In this document: positions 1-8,019 of the stretch, in pieces | How positions within the stretch are numbered: position 1 is the first letter of the stretch | How the letters are laid out: every line of letters begins with the position of its first letter | Virus record (IMG/VR): IMGVR_UViG_3300045988_132388 | Direction: 5' to 3' (one strand) | DNA length: 64,000 nucleotides | Source: a virus | Notes under the pieces: model-generated | What the model was told of the DNA's origin: nothing | Database searches by the model: none | Seen by the model: the letters and a program-made list of their open reading frames with translations, nothing else | Position numbers and translations under genes: made by a program

Positions 1-292
1 GCTGCACCTCTGCAAAGGTAAGATATTCCGAACTGTCACGCTTTACAACGACATTGCCTCCGAGAGGGTGTCTACCGTTCATCATGTTGCGCCACTGCTG
101 ATGGGAGAAGCACTGTGCGTTCACTTGTTGTGTAACGGCATCCGCATTGGACAGGGAGTTGCGCATCAGGAAGTGCTCAGGCATGTACATGTTGAATACT
201 ACAGGCTCGTTCTTGGCAAGAGTTTTGTTCGGGTCACGGTGGCGAAAATACTGACACCGGCTCGTAGGTAGACGAAGATAGATGTTAGGCAT
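1..292 (-). CDS. hypothetical protein, N-terminal part only (gene runs off the left edge)
   Basis: Minus-strand ATG at 292 (MPNIYLRLPTSRCQYFRHRDPNK...) stays open to position 1. Same orientation as the neighbouring genes. Confidence 0.45.
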   Translation of the reverse strand, partial: MPNIYLRLPTSRCQYFRHRDPNKTLAKNEPVVFNMYMPEHFLMRNSLSNADAVTQQVNAQCFSHQQWRNMMNGRHPLGGNVVVKRDSSEYLTFAEVQ

Positions 293-303
293 GAATGAAA
301 AAA

Positions 304-1260
304 TTAATGCTTTGTTTCAAAATATGTTTTCATTATCGCCGTAGTTACGGTAAAGGAGTAGTTAAGGGCATCACGGGCTTCAACCTTGCCTGTTATGCGG
401 TCGATTTTCTTGGCTTTCTCTTCATCGACATTCATGGCAAGAGACATGGTGTCAATATATCTGCCGCCAGACTCGGTATGCTTGATAAACGTCTTGGCGA
501 TTTTCTTGTCAACATCAAAAATCTTGTGTATGGCTTCCACCATATCCTCTTCCGTGCAGAAGCGAGACAACGGATGCAGCTTGCGATATTTCGCAGAGTA
601 GGTCTTCAACCGTTTAGTCATATATTCATTGATGGAATCGGAGTAGTCAAGATACAACTGTGTTTCCGGTCTACAGACATCATCGGGGCGAGAAGACTTG
701 AAGAAACCGCGCAGTTGGGTAAGAACCTGCTGTACGGCATCAAACTGGTTGAACTCTATTGCATTACCGAACACGTTGTACATATTCTGCTTTGCGTCTA
801 CGAGCAGACCTTCAAGCATATCGGCAAGAAAAACAATCTTGTCAAGGCTACTCACTAAAGTTTCAACCTTTTCCATAATTCCATCCTTGGAATAATCGAC
901 ATAATACCTCAGCACATTGCCGAAAGGCAGAAAATCATAGGTTACGTCAGACTGGATATTTGACTGCACTAAGACAGAATATATCAAATCAGCCAACCTG
1001 CGGTCGCGCTGCTGAATGGCGTTGACAATGGCTGCCATTTGCGTAGTATTCTTTGGTATACGTACCGTTGACCTTACCAGGGCGTTGCGCTTTTCCACGG
1101 CTTCAGTAAAATCAGGGTTGGCAAACAGTATTTTTAGTGCCTCGGTATACTTCTGGGCAGGCACGTCTTTCATATCAAACGTATATAACGTAGGCTGCGC
1201 CTTTATTTTCTTTTCTCGAAGCTCGTTGGTCGTCGAGGTAGATTTATTCTTCTTGCTCAT
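304..1260 (-). CDS. hypothetical protein
   Basis: 318-aa ORF, the longest of the overlapping frames and co-oriented with the downstream operon. No family recognised. Confidence 0.7.
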   Translation of the reverse strand: MSKKNKSTSTTNELREKKIKAQPTLYTFDMKDVPAQKYTEALKILFANPDFTEAVEKRNALVRSTVRIPKNTTQMAAIVNAIQQRDRRLADLIYSVLVQSNIQSDVTYDFLPFGNVLRYYVDYSKDGIMEKVETLVSSLDKIVFLADMLEGLLVDAKQNMYNVFGNAIEFNQFDAVQQVLTQLRGFFKSSRPDDVCRPETQLYLDYSDSINEYMTKRLKTYSAKYRKLHPLSRFCTEEDMVEAIHKIFDVDKKIAKTFIKHTESGGRYIDTMSLAMNVDEEKAKKIDRITGKVEARDALNYSFTVTTAIMKTYFETKH

Positions 1261-1307
1261 GGTCTATTTTACATAATATGCGTTATTCATAAAACGGACA
1301 GCCGCTT

Positions 1308-1700
1308 TTAACGGTTGTCTCCGTTACCGTCAATCAAGCCATGCTGCTGACGCGACTGAAGCTTTTCGAGGTTCTGCCGGCAGACATCTTCAAGACTGAA
1401 ACCAAGCACAGAACATACTCCGGCTATCTGCCACATCACGTCGCCACATTTTTTCTCGATGTCCTTGATTTCTTCCTCAGTCATGCCATGGAAGGTCTGT
1501 GTCAAGATGCGCTCTCCGTTCTTGTCACGATCGCTCGTGCCGATAAACAACTTGCCCTTGCGGATTGCTTTTGCAAGTTTGGAGTGTAGTTCACCCACCT
1601 CTCCGCAGAGATTCATTGTCATGTAGGCGATATTGTTACAAGTAGGCATGCAGGTAGTCATTGCCTTCTGCTGATATTCATTCAAAGTAAGATTATCCAT
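1308..1700 (-). CDS. MazG-like nucleoside triphosphate pyrophosphohydrolase
   Basis: 130 aa. GEVGELHSKLAKAIRKGK and DVMWQIAGVCSVLGFSLEDV...NLEKLQSR resemble the small phage-type MazG helices, as remembered. Confidence 0.7.
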   Translation of the reverse strand: MDNLTLNEYQQKAMTTCMPTCNNIAYMTMNLCGEVGELHSKLAKAIRKGKLFIGTSDRDKNGERILTQTFHGMTEEEIKDIEKKCGDVMWQIAGVCSVLGFSLEDVCRQNLEKLQSRQQHGLIDGNGDNR

Positions 1701-1731
1701 AAACTAATTTGCGTTTTATTCAACTTTATGG

Positions 1732-2631
1732 TTATATATCAAAGTCGGGAATATATTCTCGCATTCTTCCTATTATAATTCCGCGTATCACACCGCACAC
1801 GTATTTTGCGTTGGGATGTGCCTTGCCGGTAGTCTCATTGAAGCGTAGGTCAATGATATGTTTCCACTCATTGAGGTTATAGGTGTAGGCAACCACGGTG
1901 TAAGTGTCGAGAGGTAAAATGCCACGTGCGTCCTGCGGTTGCAGTCCGGCTCTCAGCAGACGGGTATATATCCATGAGCTGAAGCGGCAAGCTGTCCGGT
2001 AGAGGAATCGCTGACGGCGTGTACCAGCATGATACCATTCGGGCTCGGCTATCTGTACTCCTCCTTTCTTCTCCAGGTTACAGTAACGGGTACTTTGCTC
2101 GGCAATAGCGTTGGGGGATGTACGGTTGAGCTCTCGCGAGGTGCTTATCTGTGTGGTGACAACGAACGTCATACGCAAGAGCCACAAAGCTGCATTGCAT
2201 TTGGCTTTCACAGCCCGACGAATAAACTCTTCCTCGTCTATCTGGAACGGCATAAGCATGTTCTTCAACTGCTCTTGCTCGCACAAAAACTGCAGATTGG
2301 TACTAATCCATACCTTGCTGCCCTTTACGGCATAGGATATATAAGGCGAGGCAACCATCAAAGACCATACCAGGGTAGTATGCAATTGCTTCTCGTTAGG
2401 CACGAAGAAATATGCGGTAGCATGGCGAAACATGGAGCGGTGTCCGCTTTCCCAGAAACTCTTGCTACGCAACATGTCGCGCTCATGCAAGAAAGCCTTG
2501 CGTTCTTCGCCATCAAGACCTGGATCGGGCAGCTTGCCCTCACTCTTGTAACATATCCTGCCTACATCGGCGATATGTTGTGCAAAATCTTTCATTGGCC
2601 ACCAAGCCACAGAGGGATCTATAAATTTCAT
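1732..2631 (-). CDS. ThyX-like (FAD-dependent thymidylate synthase family) protein, divergent signature
   Basis: 299 aa. HRSMFRH and TSRELNRTSPNAIAEQSTRYCN resemble the ThyX core and the S-x-RY end of its signature. NRT stands where canonical ThyX has RHR. Confidence 0.6.
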   Translation of the reverse strand: MKFIDPSVAWWPMKDFAQHIADVGRICYKSEGKLPDPGLDGEERKAFLHERDMLRSKSFWESGHRSMFRHATAYFFVPNEKQLHTTLVWSLMVASPYISYAVKGSKVWISTNLQFLCEQEQLKNMLMPFQIDEEEFIRRAVKAKCNAALWLLRMTFVVTTQISTSRELNRTSPNAIAEQSTRYCNLEKKGGVQIAEPEWYHAGTRRQRFLYRTACRFSSWIYTRLLRAGLQPQDARGILPLDTYTVVAYTYNLNEWKHIIDLRFNETTGKAHPNAKYVCGVIRGIIIGRMREYIPDFDI

Positions 2632-2657
2632 ATATATATGTATCTTTAAGTTTTTTA

Positions 2658-3239
2658 TTAATCAGTAAAAGTAGACGAGGTTTCGCCAAAGGGACTGAGC
2701 TTATCCATGACAAATGGTATAGTACAGACATATTGCGCTACTTTATAGCGTAGGTCTTCTTTCGACATACCTCCATTGTTAAATATTCTGCGGTCGAATT
2801 TAATCCCCATAGCTGCATTCAGACGCTCCACGTCCCGCAATATACGTGAGAGCTTGACACCTCTTGCCAAACGTGTTACTGTAGAACTTTTGATATAAAA
2901 GGAATATATCTGAATTTCGGGATGACGATCTTTCATGTCTATCAATCCGACTTCATCCACAATATAGATAGCTATATCTTTCACCTGATCTACAGTAGCC
3001 CAATATTCATAGCCACCATACTGTGTATATGCTAACACCTCATCAGGATCCACATTAAACTCTTTTACAAAATGATGCTCTCTGCCTTCCTGTTCTCCTT
3101 CACGCATAGGACGTGTGGTATAGGAACAGATAATAGGCCAGTCTGTCATTTCTGACATTATCCGAGCTACAGTGTCCTTTCCTGCACCGCTCAGACCGGT
3201 AATTGTTATTAGTTTCATATCAATCTTCTTTATATTCAC
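2658..3239 (-). CDS. guanylate-kinase-family (d)NMP kinase
   Basis: 193 aa. P-loop GLSGAGKDT plus TTRPMREGEQEGREHHFV, the guanylate kinase signature block. Confidence 0.7.
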   Translation of the reverse strand: MNIKKIDMKLITITGLSGAGKDTVARIMSEMTDWPIICSYTTRPMREGEQEGREHHFVKEFNVDPDEVLAYTQYGGYEYWATVDQVKDIAIYIVDEVGLIDMKDRHPEIQIYSFYIKSSTVTRLARGVKLSRILRDVERLNAAMGIKFDRRIFNNGGMSKEDLRYKVAQYVCTIPFVMDKLSPFGETSSTFTD

Positions 3240-4326
3240 TCAAAAGAGCGTTGCCGCAGGTTATTCTATCCTCGTCCTCTTCCACAGAAGGAACAAAAAC
3301 AATCACATCCCAACCTGCCTTGACAAGCGGTTGTTCAAACTGTTTGTAAACATCGTATGTGTAATATCCCTCCTCAGTCTGAATGCCATTACTTATAGCC
3401 TCTTTTGTCTCGTGAATAGGAGTTATCTTTACAATGAACTTTTCCTTATCAAAGAGTTTGTCCAAAACGGCAGGGTCTAATATCGTGTCTTTAGTGACAG
3501 GAAAATTCAACGTGTACTTTCTGCCGACCGGCATAGGTAAATCACGGCAAATCTCTGAGATTTCCTGCAAAGTCAAGGATCGACCACGGAACAAATCATT
3601 ACGCTGCTCTTCATCTGTAGAGTTTATAGACAACTGCAATCCGGCTTCACCTCTAAACTCGTAGTTCTTGAGTTGACAGAACTCACCAAGAATACGTTTC
3701 AGAGTTTTGCTTCCCAAAGAACCCGGAAGCATGGTCGTAAATACAGGATGGATAACATCTGCATCCATGAATACGTTGACATCATCCCTGAGATAGCACA
3801 GCAAATATATCTTGATGTTATTCCAGTTGAATGACGGTTCGCCCATACGAGCCAGATGAAGGTTGAAACGCTTGGTGTGCTGACACTCCGAACGAACGAT
3901 AGCCGATATTACTTCTTCTCGCAGATCGCTAACCTTAGCATTACCGTGGAAACCGACTTTAGGGCAGTCACAGAACTTACATTTCATCGGACATCCTTTT
4001 TGAGTGGAAATAGTAACAACCATCTTATCCTCAAGATCTACCTTCTTATGGGTTACACCATTAATTTCCTTAGTCAATCCAAGGAAGTCCGCCTTTATGT
4101 TGGCTTCCTTGCCATAGTCGCCAACATATAAATATTCAAGACATTTTTTAGTATCACTAAAAATTGCTCCAGTACGAGTCTTAGATTCTTTAATCATAAT
4201 AGAAATACATATCGTTTTATTGATATTTTCAATCTTTAATTCAAATGGACGAGAAGTTATAAAACGAGGTGAGCCACATTCTTTATACGGCACTTCTGTG
4301 ATAGTGATGGCGATAGTGATAGCCAC
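3220..4326 (-). CDS. radical SAM enzyme, RlmN/Cfr-like
   Basis: Has CX3CX2C (CPMKCKFC). ARMGEPSFNW, LQLSINSTDEEQR, KITPIHET and C-terminal ITCGNAL parallel the RlmN/Cfr blocks as remembered. The listed start is a GTG at 4326 inside a DNA repeat; the ATG at 4197 is an alternative start. Confidence 0.7.
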   Translation of the reverse strand: MAITIAITITEVPYKECGSPRFITSRPFELKIENINKTICISIMIKESKTRTGAIFSDTKKCLEYLYVGDYGKEANIKADFLGLTKEINGVTHKKVDLEDKMVVTISTQKGCPMKCKFCDCPKVGFHGNAKVSDLREEVISAIVRSECQHTKRFNLHLARMGEPSFNWNNIKIYLLCYLRDDVNVFMDADVIHPVFTTMLPGSLGSKTLKRILGEFCQLKNYEFRGEAGLQLSINSTDEEQRNDLFRGRSLTLQEISEICRDLPMPVGRKYTLNFPVTKDTILDPAVLDKLFDKEKFIVKITPIHETKEAISNGIQTEEGYYTYDVYKQFEQPLVKAGWDVIVFVPSVEEDEDRITCGNALLSEYKED

Positions 4327-4350
4327 CGCAGTCGGGTGATAGTGATAGCG
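4298..4350. repeat. three direct copies of GATAGTGAT(A/G)G
   Basis: Reads gtgatagtgatgg / cgatagtgatagcc / ggtgatagtgatagcg. Lies between the tRNA-like element and the radical SAM gene and overlaps its longest predicted start. Confidence 0.6.
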
Positions 4351-4392
4351 AAATAAAAGATGTTGACTGCGGAGTGATTTTCGCGCAATACT

Positions 4393-4480
4393 TGCTCTAA
4401 CCAGCTGAGCTACTTTTCTTCCGAAAAGAAAAGATAGGATTCGAACCTATGACCTCGTGAGACACGTTTCGGAAAAACGT
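4393..4480 (-). ncRNA. tRNA-like gene with permuted half order (anticodon arm, T arm and 3' acceptor strand lie upstream of the 5' acceptor strand and D arm)
   Basis: Minus strand reads ACGTT-TTTCCGA-AACGT, then a 13-nt segment, then ATAGG-TTCGAAT-CCTAT and CTTTTCT, a short loop, then AGAAAAG-TA-GCTC-AGCTGGTTA-GAGC-A. The T arm and D arm are consensus-quality. The two acceptor strands form a closed 8-bp hairpin. Confidence 0.45.
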
Positions 4481-4585
4481 ATGATTCACTAAAAAGAAAA
4501 CTCCGTATGCTATCAGTGTGAGGGTCAGTTTCACGGTACAAAACCTTCAGTCTGACCTTACCCACCTCGTATTATATTTTATGTT

Positions 4586-5509
4586 TTACAAACCGTTGAC
4601 CTCCGCATATATTCCCTGGAGATTATTAGGGATGATAATGCGCAGAGACGTTATCTCTTTGATTTCTTCCTGTTGCCACTCAACGAACATCGTCTGTAAT
4701 CTCGACATTTCGGTATCGAAATTGTTTCTCTTTTCTTGATGTTCTGCATACTTCTTCTTGTATTCAGCCAATCGCTTGCTGTACTCCTTCTCGGCTTCAA
4801 TGCGGAAACGATGCTCAATACCATTAAACTCAGCTTGCAATGCTCGATATTCGCCCTGAAGCTGAAAGAAGGTCCTGTTCAGTCGGTCGATGGTACCGGG
4901 TTCAACATTATAAGAGAACACGACCATATCGCGGCCTTCACCTTCTATCTCCGTAGGATTAGCCAGACGGTGTGACACTCTCTTCAAGGCCAGAGGCAAC
5001 AGTCCGTCGGGATGAATATACTTACCATACACCGCCATCTTGGTTTTCAACTCAATATAGCGGTTGCGATCCTTTACGTTCAGAATCTCGTTGCCCACCT
5101 TGTCAATATCGGAAACGGGGTCAGGAGCAACCGGCTTTTCAGGAAGAGTAATATTGTGATCGTCAGCCCACACCATGAAGTTGCAGTCTTGCACTGACTT
5201 CAAACCTTTCTCACGTTCATTGATAGCCTCACGCAGCCAACCGATAAGGGCATTGCACTGAGCTACGCGACGTATAACATCGGGAATAGCATCAAGGGTG
5301 TCAAGAGGGGCTTCCACAATCGACGGCTGTGTATCCCCAAGCAGACGTGCGCTCTTGGTGTAAAGACGTAAGGTATCAGCCTGCGCTAAGATGCGCTGCG
5401 CATACTCTTTAGCCATGTTTGCAACATGGTTAGCAGATGTGGCTGTCAAACCTTCTTTCGCAAAAAATACTTTGTTCATATATATCGTTTTTTGTTCGTA
5501 TTTTAACAT
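4586..5509 (-). CDS. hypothetical protein with coiled-coil C-terminus
   Basis: 307-aa ORF; an alternative ATG at 5479 gives MNKVFFAKEG. No family recognised. Confidence 0.65.
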   Translation of the reverse strand: MLKYEQKTIYMNKVFFAKEGLTATSANHVANMAKEYAQRILAQADTLRLYTKSARLLGDTQPSIVEAPLDTLDAIPDVIRRVAQCNALIGWLREAINEREKGLKSVQDCNFMVWADDHNITLPEKPVAPDPVSDIDKVGNEILNVKDRNRYIELKTKMAVYGKYIHPDGLLPLALKRVSHRLANPTEIEGEGRDMVVFSYNVEPGTIDRLNRTFFQLQGEYRALQAEFNGIEHRFRIEAEKEYSKRLAEYKKKYAEHQEKRNNFDTEMSRLQTMFVEWQQEEIKEITSLRIIIPNNLQGIYAEVNGL

Positions 5510-5539
5510 TTTAGCAATCAGTAGAGAATCATAAGACCA

Positions 5540-5567
5540 CCGTAAGACATCCGTAAGCTATCCGTAA
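5540..5567. repeat. three CCGTAA cores at 11-bp phasing
   Basis: Reads caCCGTAAgacatCCGTAAgctatCCGTAAagg. The last two copies read ATCCGTA, the same 7-mer as the core of the origin iterons (caaATCCGTAgg). Confidence 0.5.
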
Positions 5568-5673
5568 AGGACGCATAGAAGGTGTTTTTAGTTAAAAATC
5601 CTTCCGATTTACTGTGTCTGCAACTGTTCTAAAAAGAAACATCTTACTACATATCTTAATCAATTTCGTCACT

Positions 5674-6777
5674 TCAATTCGTTCTTCCATATATTTCCCG
5701 CAGTTCTTCACGTGTAAGGAAAATATCACTCTTATGACACATTTTTATGAAAGTGTTTTCTGTTACTTTCGGATAATTGGCAAACTGCGGCCACATTCTT
5801 CTTAACTCCGACTCACGACGAGCATTAGAATCTGGTGGACGGAAACGTGATATACGTCTCCACATATCCAGTCCTGCCACATGGTCAATGCTATATAAAG
5901 AAATGCCACACTTCACCCACTCTTCATAATTACCCATAATGTCAATACCTTTTGCTTCTATCTTGCTCACCAAACGCTGAGCCTTGAGGTAAACAATATC
6001 GGGAGTATCATCCTCCCAAGAAAATTTGCGGTATCCAGGATTACAACCCGAAGCACCATTCGACACGTGCGAAAAGGTTCGATGATAACATGGCGCTGGT
6101 GTCAGTTCCACTTCGCTTACATTAAGCCCCTTGTACGCCACGGCACCTTTATTTATATATATATGCCCAGGATCATCCCACGAGGCAAAGCGTACACGAC
6201 CAATATTGCCACACTGTCTGTCGAGCATAATACCGAAAGCAGCATACTCTTTTAGTAGGGCTTTAAATTGTTCCTTATGTCGGTCCGGATAAGCAAGACG
6301 TACTAAGCCGAAACATCCCATACCACTACACGAACGCATCAATAAGGCTATCTCAGGGCGGAACTGGCAGACCATGCGGATATTCTCGAAATTGCTCAGT
6401 TGAGCATTATCTGCCAAGTCAATGTCTATGGCGAGCCATCCGGTATGCTGCTTCAGATGGGTTTCACGGCGCGACACAGGGGCGATATATTTGCTTCCGT
6501 CACGACGAGTACATTCGTCGTTGCGTATCTCAAAGAGTCCGCTCAATGTAGCACCAGGTAATCGCTTCTTGGTTTTAATATACTCAGGCATTTTCTTTGC
6601 CTTGGCTCCATACTCCTGGCGCAGGGCGCGAAGATGCTCCACATACGGCTTCCACCTTTCCGTCAGACAAAACTCACGGATAGACATCTGCTGAATACAC
6701 TCCCCTGTCTCTTGGTCTACATATCGACCTACATTGTCAAGTGCGTCAGAATATATGGAACATATCTCGTCGAACAT
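5674..6777 (-). CDS. primase-like protein (VirE/BT4734 N-terminal-domain type), tentative
   Basis: 367 aa. GWLAIDIDL (acidic DxD-like block) and GRVRFASWD resemble the Bacteroides VirE_N/BT4734 family as remembered. Confidence 0.45.
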   Translation of the reverse strand: MFDEICSIYSDALDNVGRYVDQETGECIQQMSIREFCLTERWKPYVEHLRALRQEYGAKAKKMPEYIKTKKRLPGATLSGLFEIRNDECTRRDGSKYIAPVSRRETHLKQHTGWLAIDIDLADNAQLSNFENIRMVCQFRPEIALLMRSCSGMGCFGLVRLAYPDRHKEQFKALLKEYAAFGIMLDRQCGNIGRVRFASWDDPGHIYINKGAVAYKGLNVSEVELTPAPCYHRTFSHVSNGASGCNPGYRKFSWEDDTPDIVYLKAQRLVSKIEAKGIDIMGNYEEWVKCGISLYSIDHVAGLDMWRRISRFRPPDSNARRESELRRMWPQFANYPKVTENTFIKMCHKSDIFLTREELREIYGRTN

Positions 6778-6806
6778 ATCTTTTACACTCCTTATTGTTT
6801 TCGGTT

Positions 6807-6814
6807 ACAAAATT
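6807..6814 (-). promoter_or_regulatory. Bacteroidota -7 box TAATTTTG
   Basis: caaaatta on the plus strand, 30 nt upstream of the start at 6777. Fits the TAnnTTTG consensus. Confidence 0.45.
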
Positions 6815-6966
6815 AAAAAATACATTTCACTCCAACAAACATTTTGTCTTTTTATTTGAGTGTCACATACTTTTTAACTTTTATAGTTCTATTAGTTAAG
6901 GGTTATACCTAATATTAAGCCAAGTAATATTCATAAACATCAGTTTCGCCCCAACCTTTATATATA

Positions 6967-6974
6967 TACCTTTG
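6967..6974 (+). promoter_or_regulatory. Bacteroidota -7 box TACCTTTG
   Basis: Lies 43 nt upstream of the ATG at 7017. Confidence 0.5.
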
Positions 6975-7016
6975 CCACAAGTCCGATAATGGACGAAACT
7001 AAACAACACAAACACT

Positions 7017-7526
7017 ATGCAGATTAAAACGCAAAACGGCGACTATGACGTTGCCAGCAAGGGACTGGGCAATACAGCTCTCGGTCTCGGCATCGCAGGA
7101 TTGGCTACCAGTCTGTTAGGCGGTGGTGCAATGCTCGGTGGTCTTGGAAATGGCAAACAAATGACTGCCAACCCTAACGACCCCGACGCAAGGTTCGTAA
7201 CCAAGAGCGAGACTAACCTGATCCAGGAGAACTCTACTCTCAAAACGGAACTTGCTATCCAGAAGAGTGAAAACTACACAGACAAGAAGCTTGTAGAGGT
7301 GACACAGTATATCGACACGAAGCTGCGCCGTGTGGAAGACAAGGTTGATGCCAACAAGGACGCACAGCAAGCCGTGAACGCACAGCAGATGGCTTACAAT
7401 GCCGCTGCAAATGCAAACATCGACGTGCTGAAGTCACAGGTGGCAGCACTGAACGGTGTCACTAAACTCTTTGTACCGTCATCTAATGTCTGTCAGACGG
7501 GATGCGGTTGTGGTTGCAACGCATAA
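7017..7526 (+). CDS. hypothetical protein with Gly-zipper N-terminus, coiled coil and C-terminal CQTGCGCGCNA
   Basis: 169-aa ORF, first gene after a TAnnTTTG box. Confidence 0.65.
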   Translation: MQIKTQNGDYDVASKGLGNTALGLGIAGLATSLLGGGAMLGGLGNGKQMTANPNDPDARFVTKSETNLIQENSTLKTELAIQKSENYTDKKLVEVTQYIDTKLRRVEDKVDANKDAQQAVNAQQMAYNAAANANIDVLKSQVAALNGVTKLFVPSSNVCQTGCGCGCNA

Positions 7527-7539
7527 AACGTGAAGTGAT

Positions 7540-7962
7540 ATGGAATATTCTAATTCACAAATCTTGGCAGCAGTCGTGTCCGAATGGGCGCGACCTGCCA
7601 TTTCACAGATTGCCGCAGGTAACATCATGCGTCTGCCTATGCTCCAATCGCTGCAAGCTACTATCGGCTCGCTCGGACTGGTAAGCGGAACGTATAACCT
7701 ACAGAAGGATATAGAACCGCTCATCCAACCTGTAGTCAACTCACTGGTTACTCCAATGCTCACGCGCTACTTCAGACAGATACCGGAAGAAAGTATTCCG
7801 CAGATGGCGCACGACATTGTGGAGAAGATTCGCTACAACGGACCGCTATCCGTTCTCGAAGGCGTGATAACGTTTGACGAGGAAGACCTGGATGAACTTG
7901 CTGACCTCTTGCAGAAAAACCTGCCGGTGGAAAGTGTAGACCATTACCAGGTTAAGAGATAA
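7540..7962 (+). CDS. hypothetical protein
   Basis: 140-aa ORF, tightly packed in the plus-strand operon. Confidence 0.6.
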   Translation: MEYSNSQILAAVVSEWARPAISQIAAGNIMRLPMLQSLQATIGSLGLVSGTYNLQKDIEPLIQPVVNSLVTPMLTRYFRQIPEESIPQMAHDIVEKIRYNGPLSVLEGVITFDEEDLDELADLLQKNLPVESVDHYQVKR

Positions 7963-8019
7963 GTTTACTAACATAAGCGTCGGCTCGCATCGTCGCTATA
8001 TTAAAACACAAATAAGAAT

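Noticed and set aside
295-858. Plus-strand ORFs (295-858, 386-601, 698-895, 1016-1276) overlapping the 318-aa minus-strand gene
   Set aside because: They are shorter, antisense to a longer ORF that fits the operon orientation, and have odd composition. Treated as shadow ORFs. The same reasoning applies to the many antisense ORFs inside the tape measure, terminase, primase-helicase, ligase and 805-aa genes.
3220-4326. Stop-codon recoding or an alternative genetic code, as seen in some Bacteroidales phages
   Set aside because: All large genes, including the 1822-aa and 1229-aa ORFs, are open under the standard code. The tRNA-like element shows UCC, not a suppressor anticodon.
4393-4480. Calling this a normal tRNA-Gly(UCC) gene
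   Set aside because: The D arm and 5' acceptor strand lie downstream of the T arm and 3' acceptor strand on the coding strand. No complementary 5' acceptor strand exists upstream, and the variable region would be 13 nt. It is therefore reported only as a tRNA-like, permuted element.
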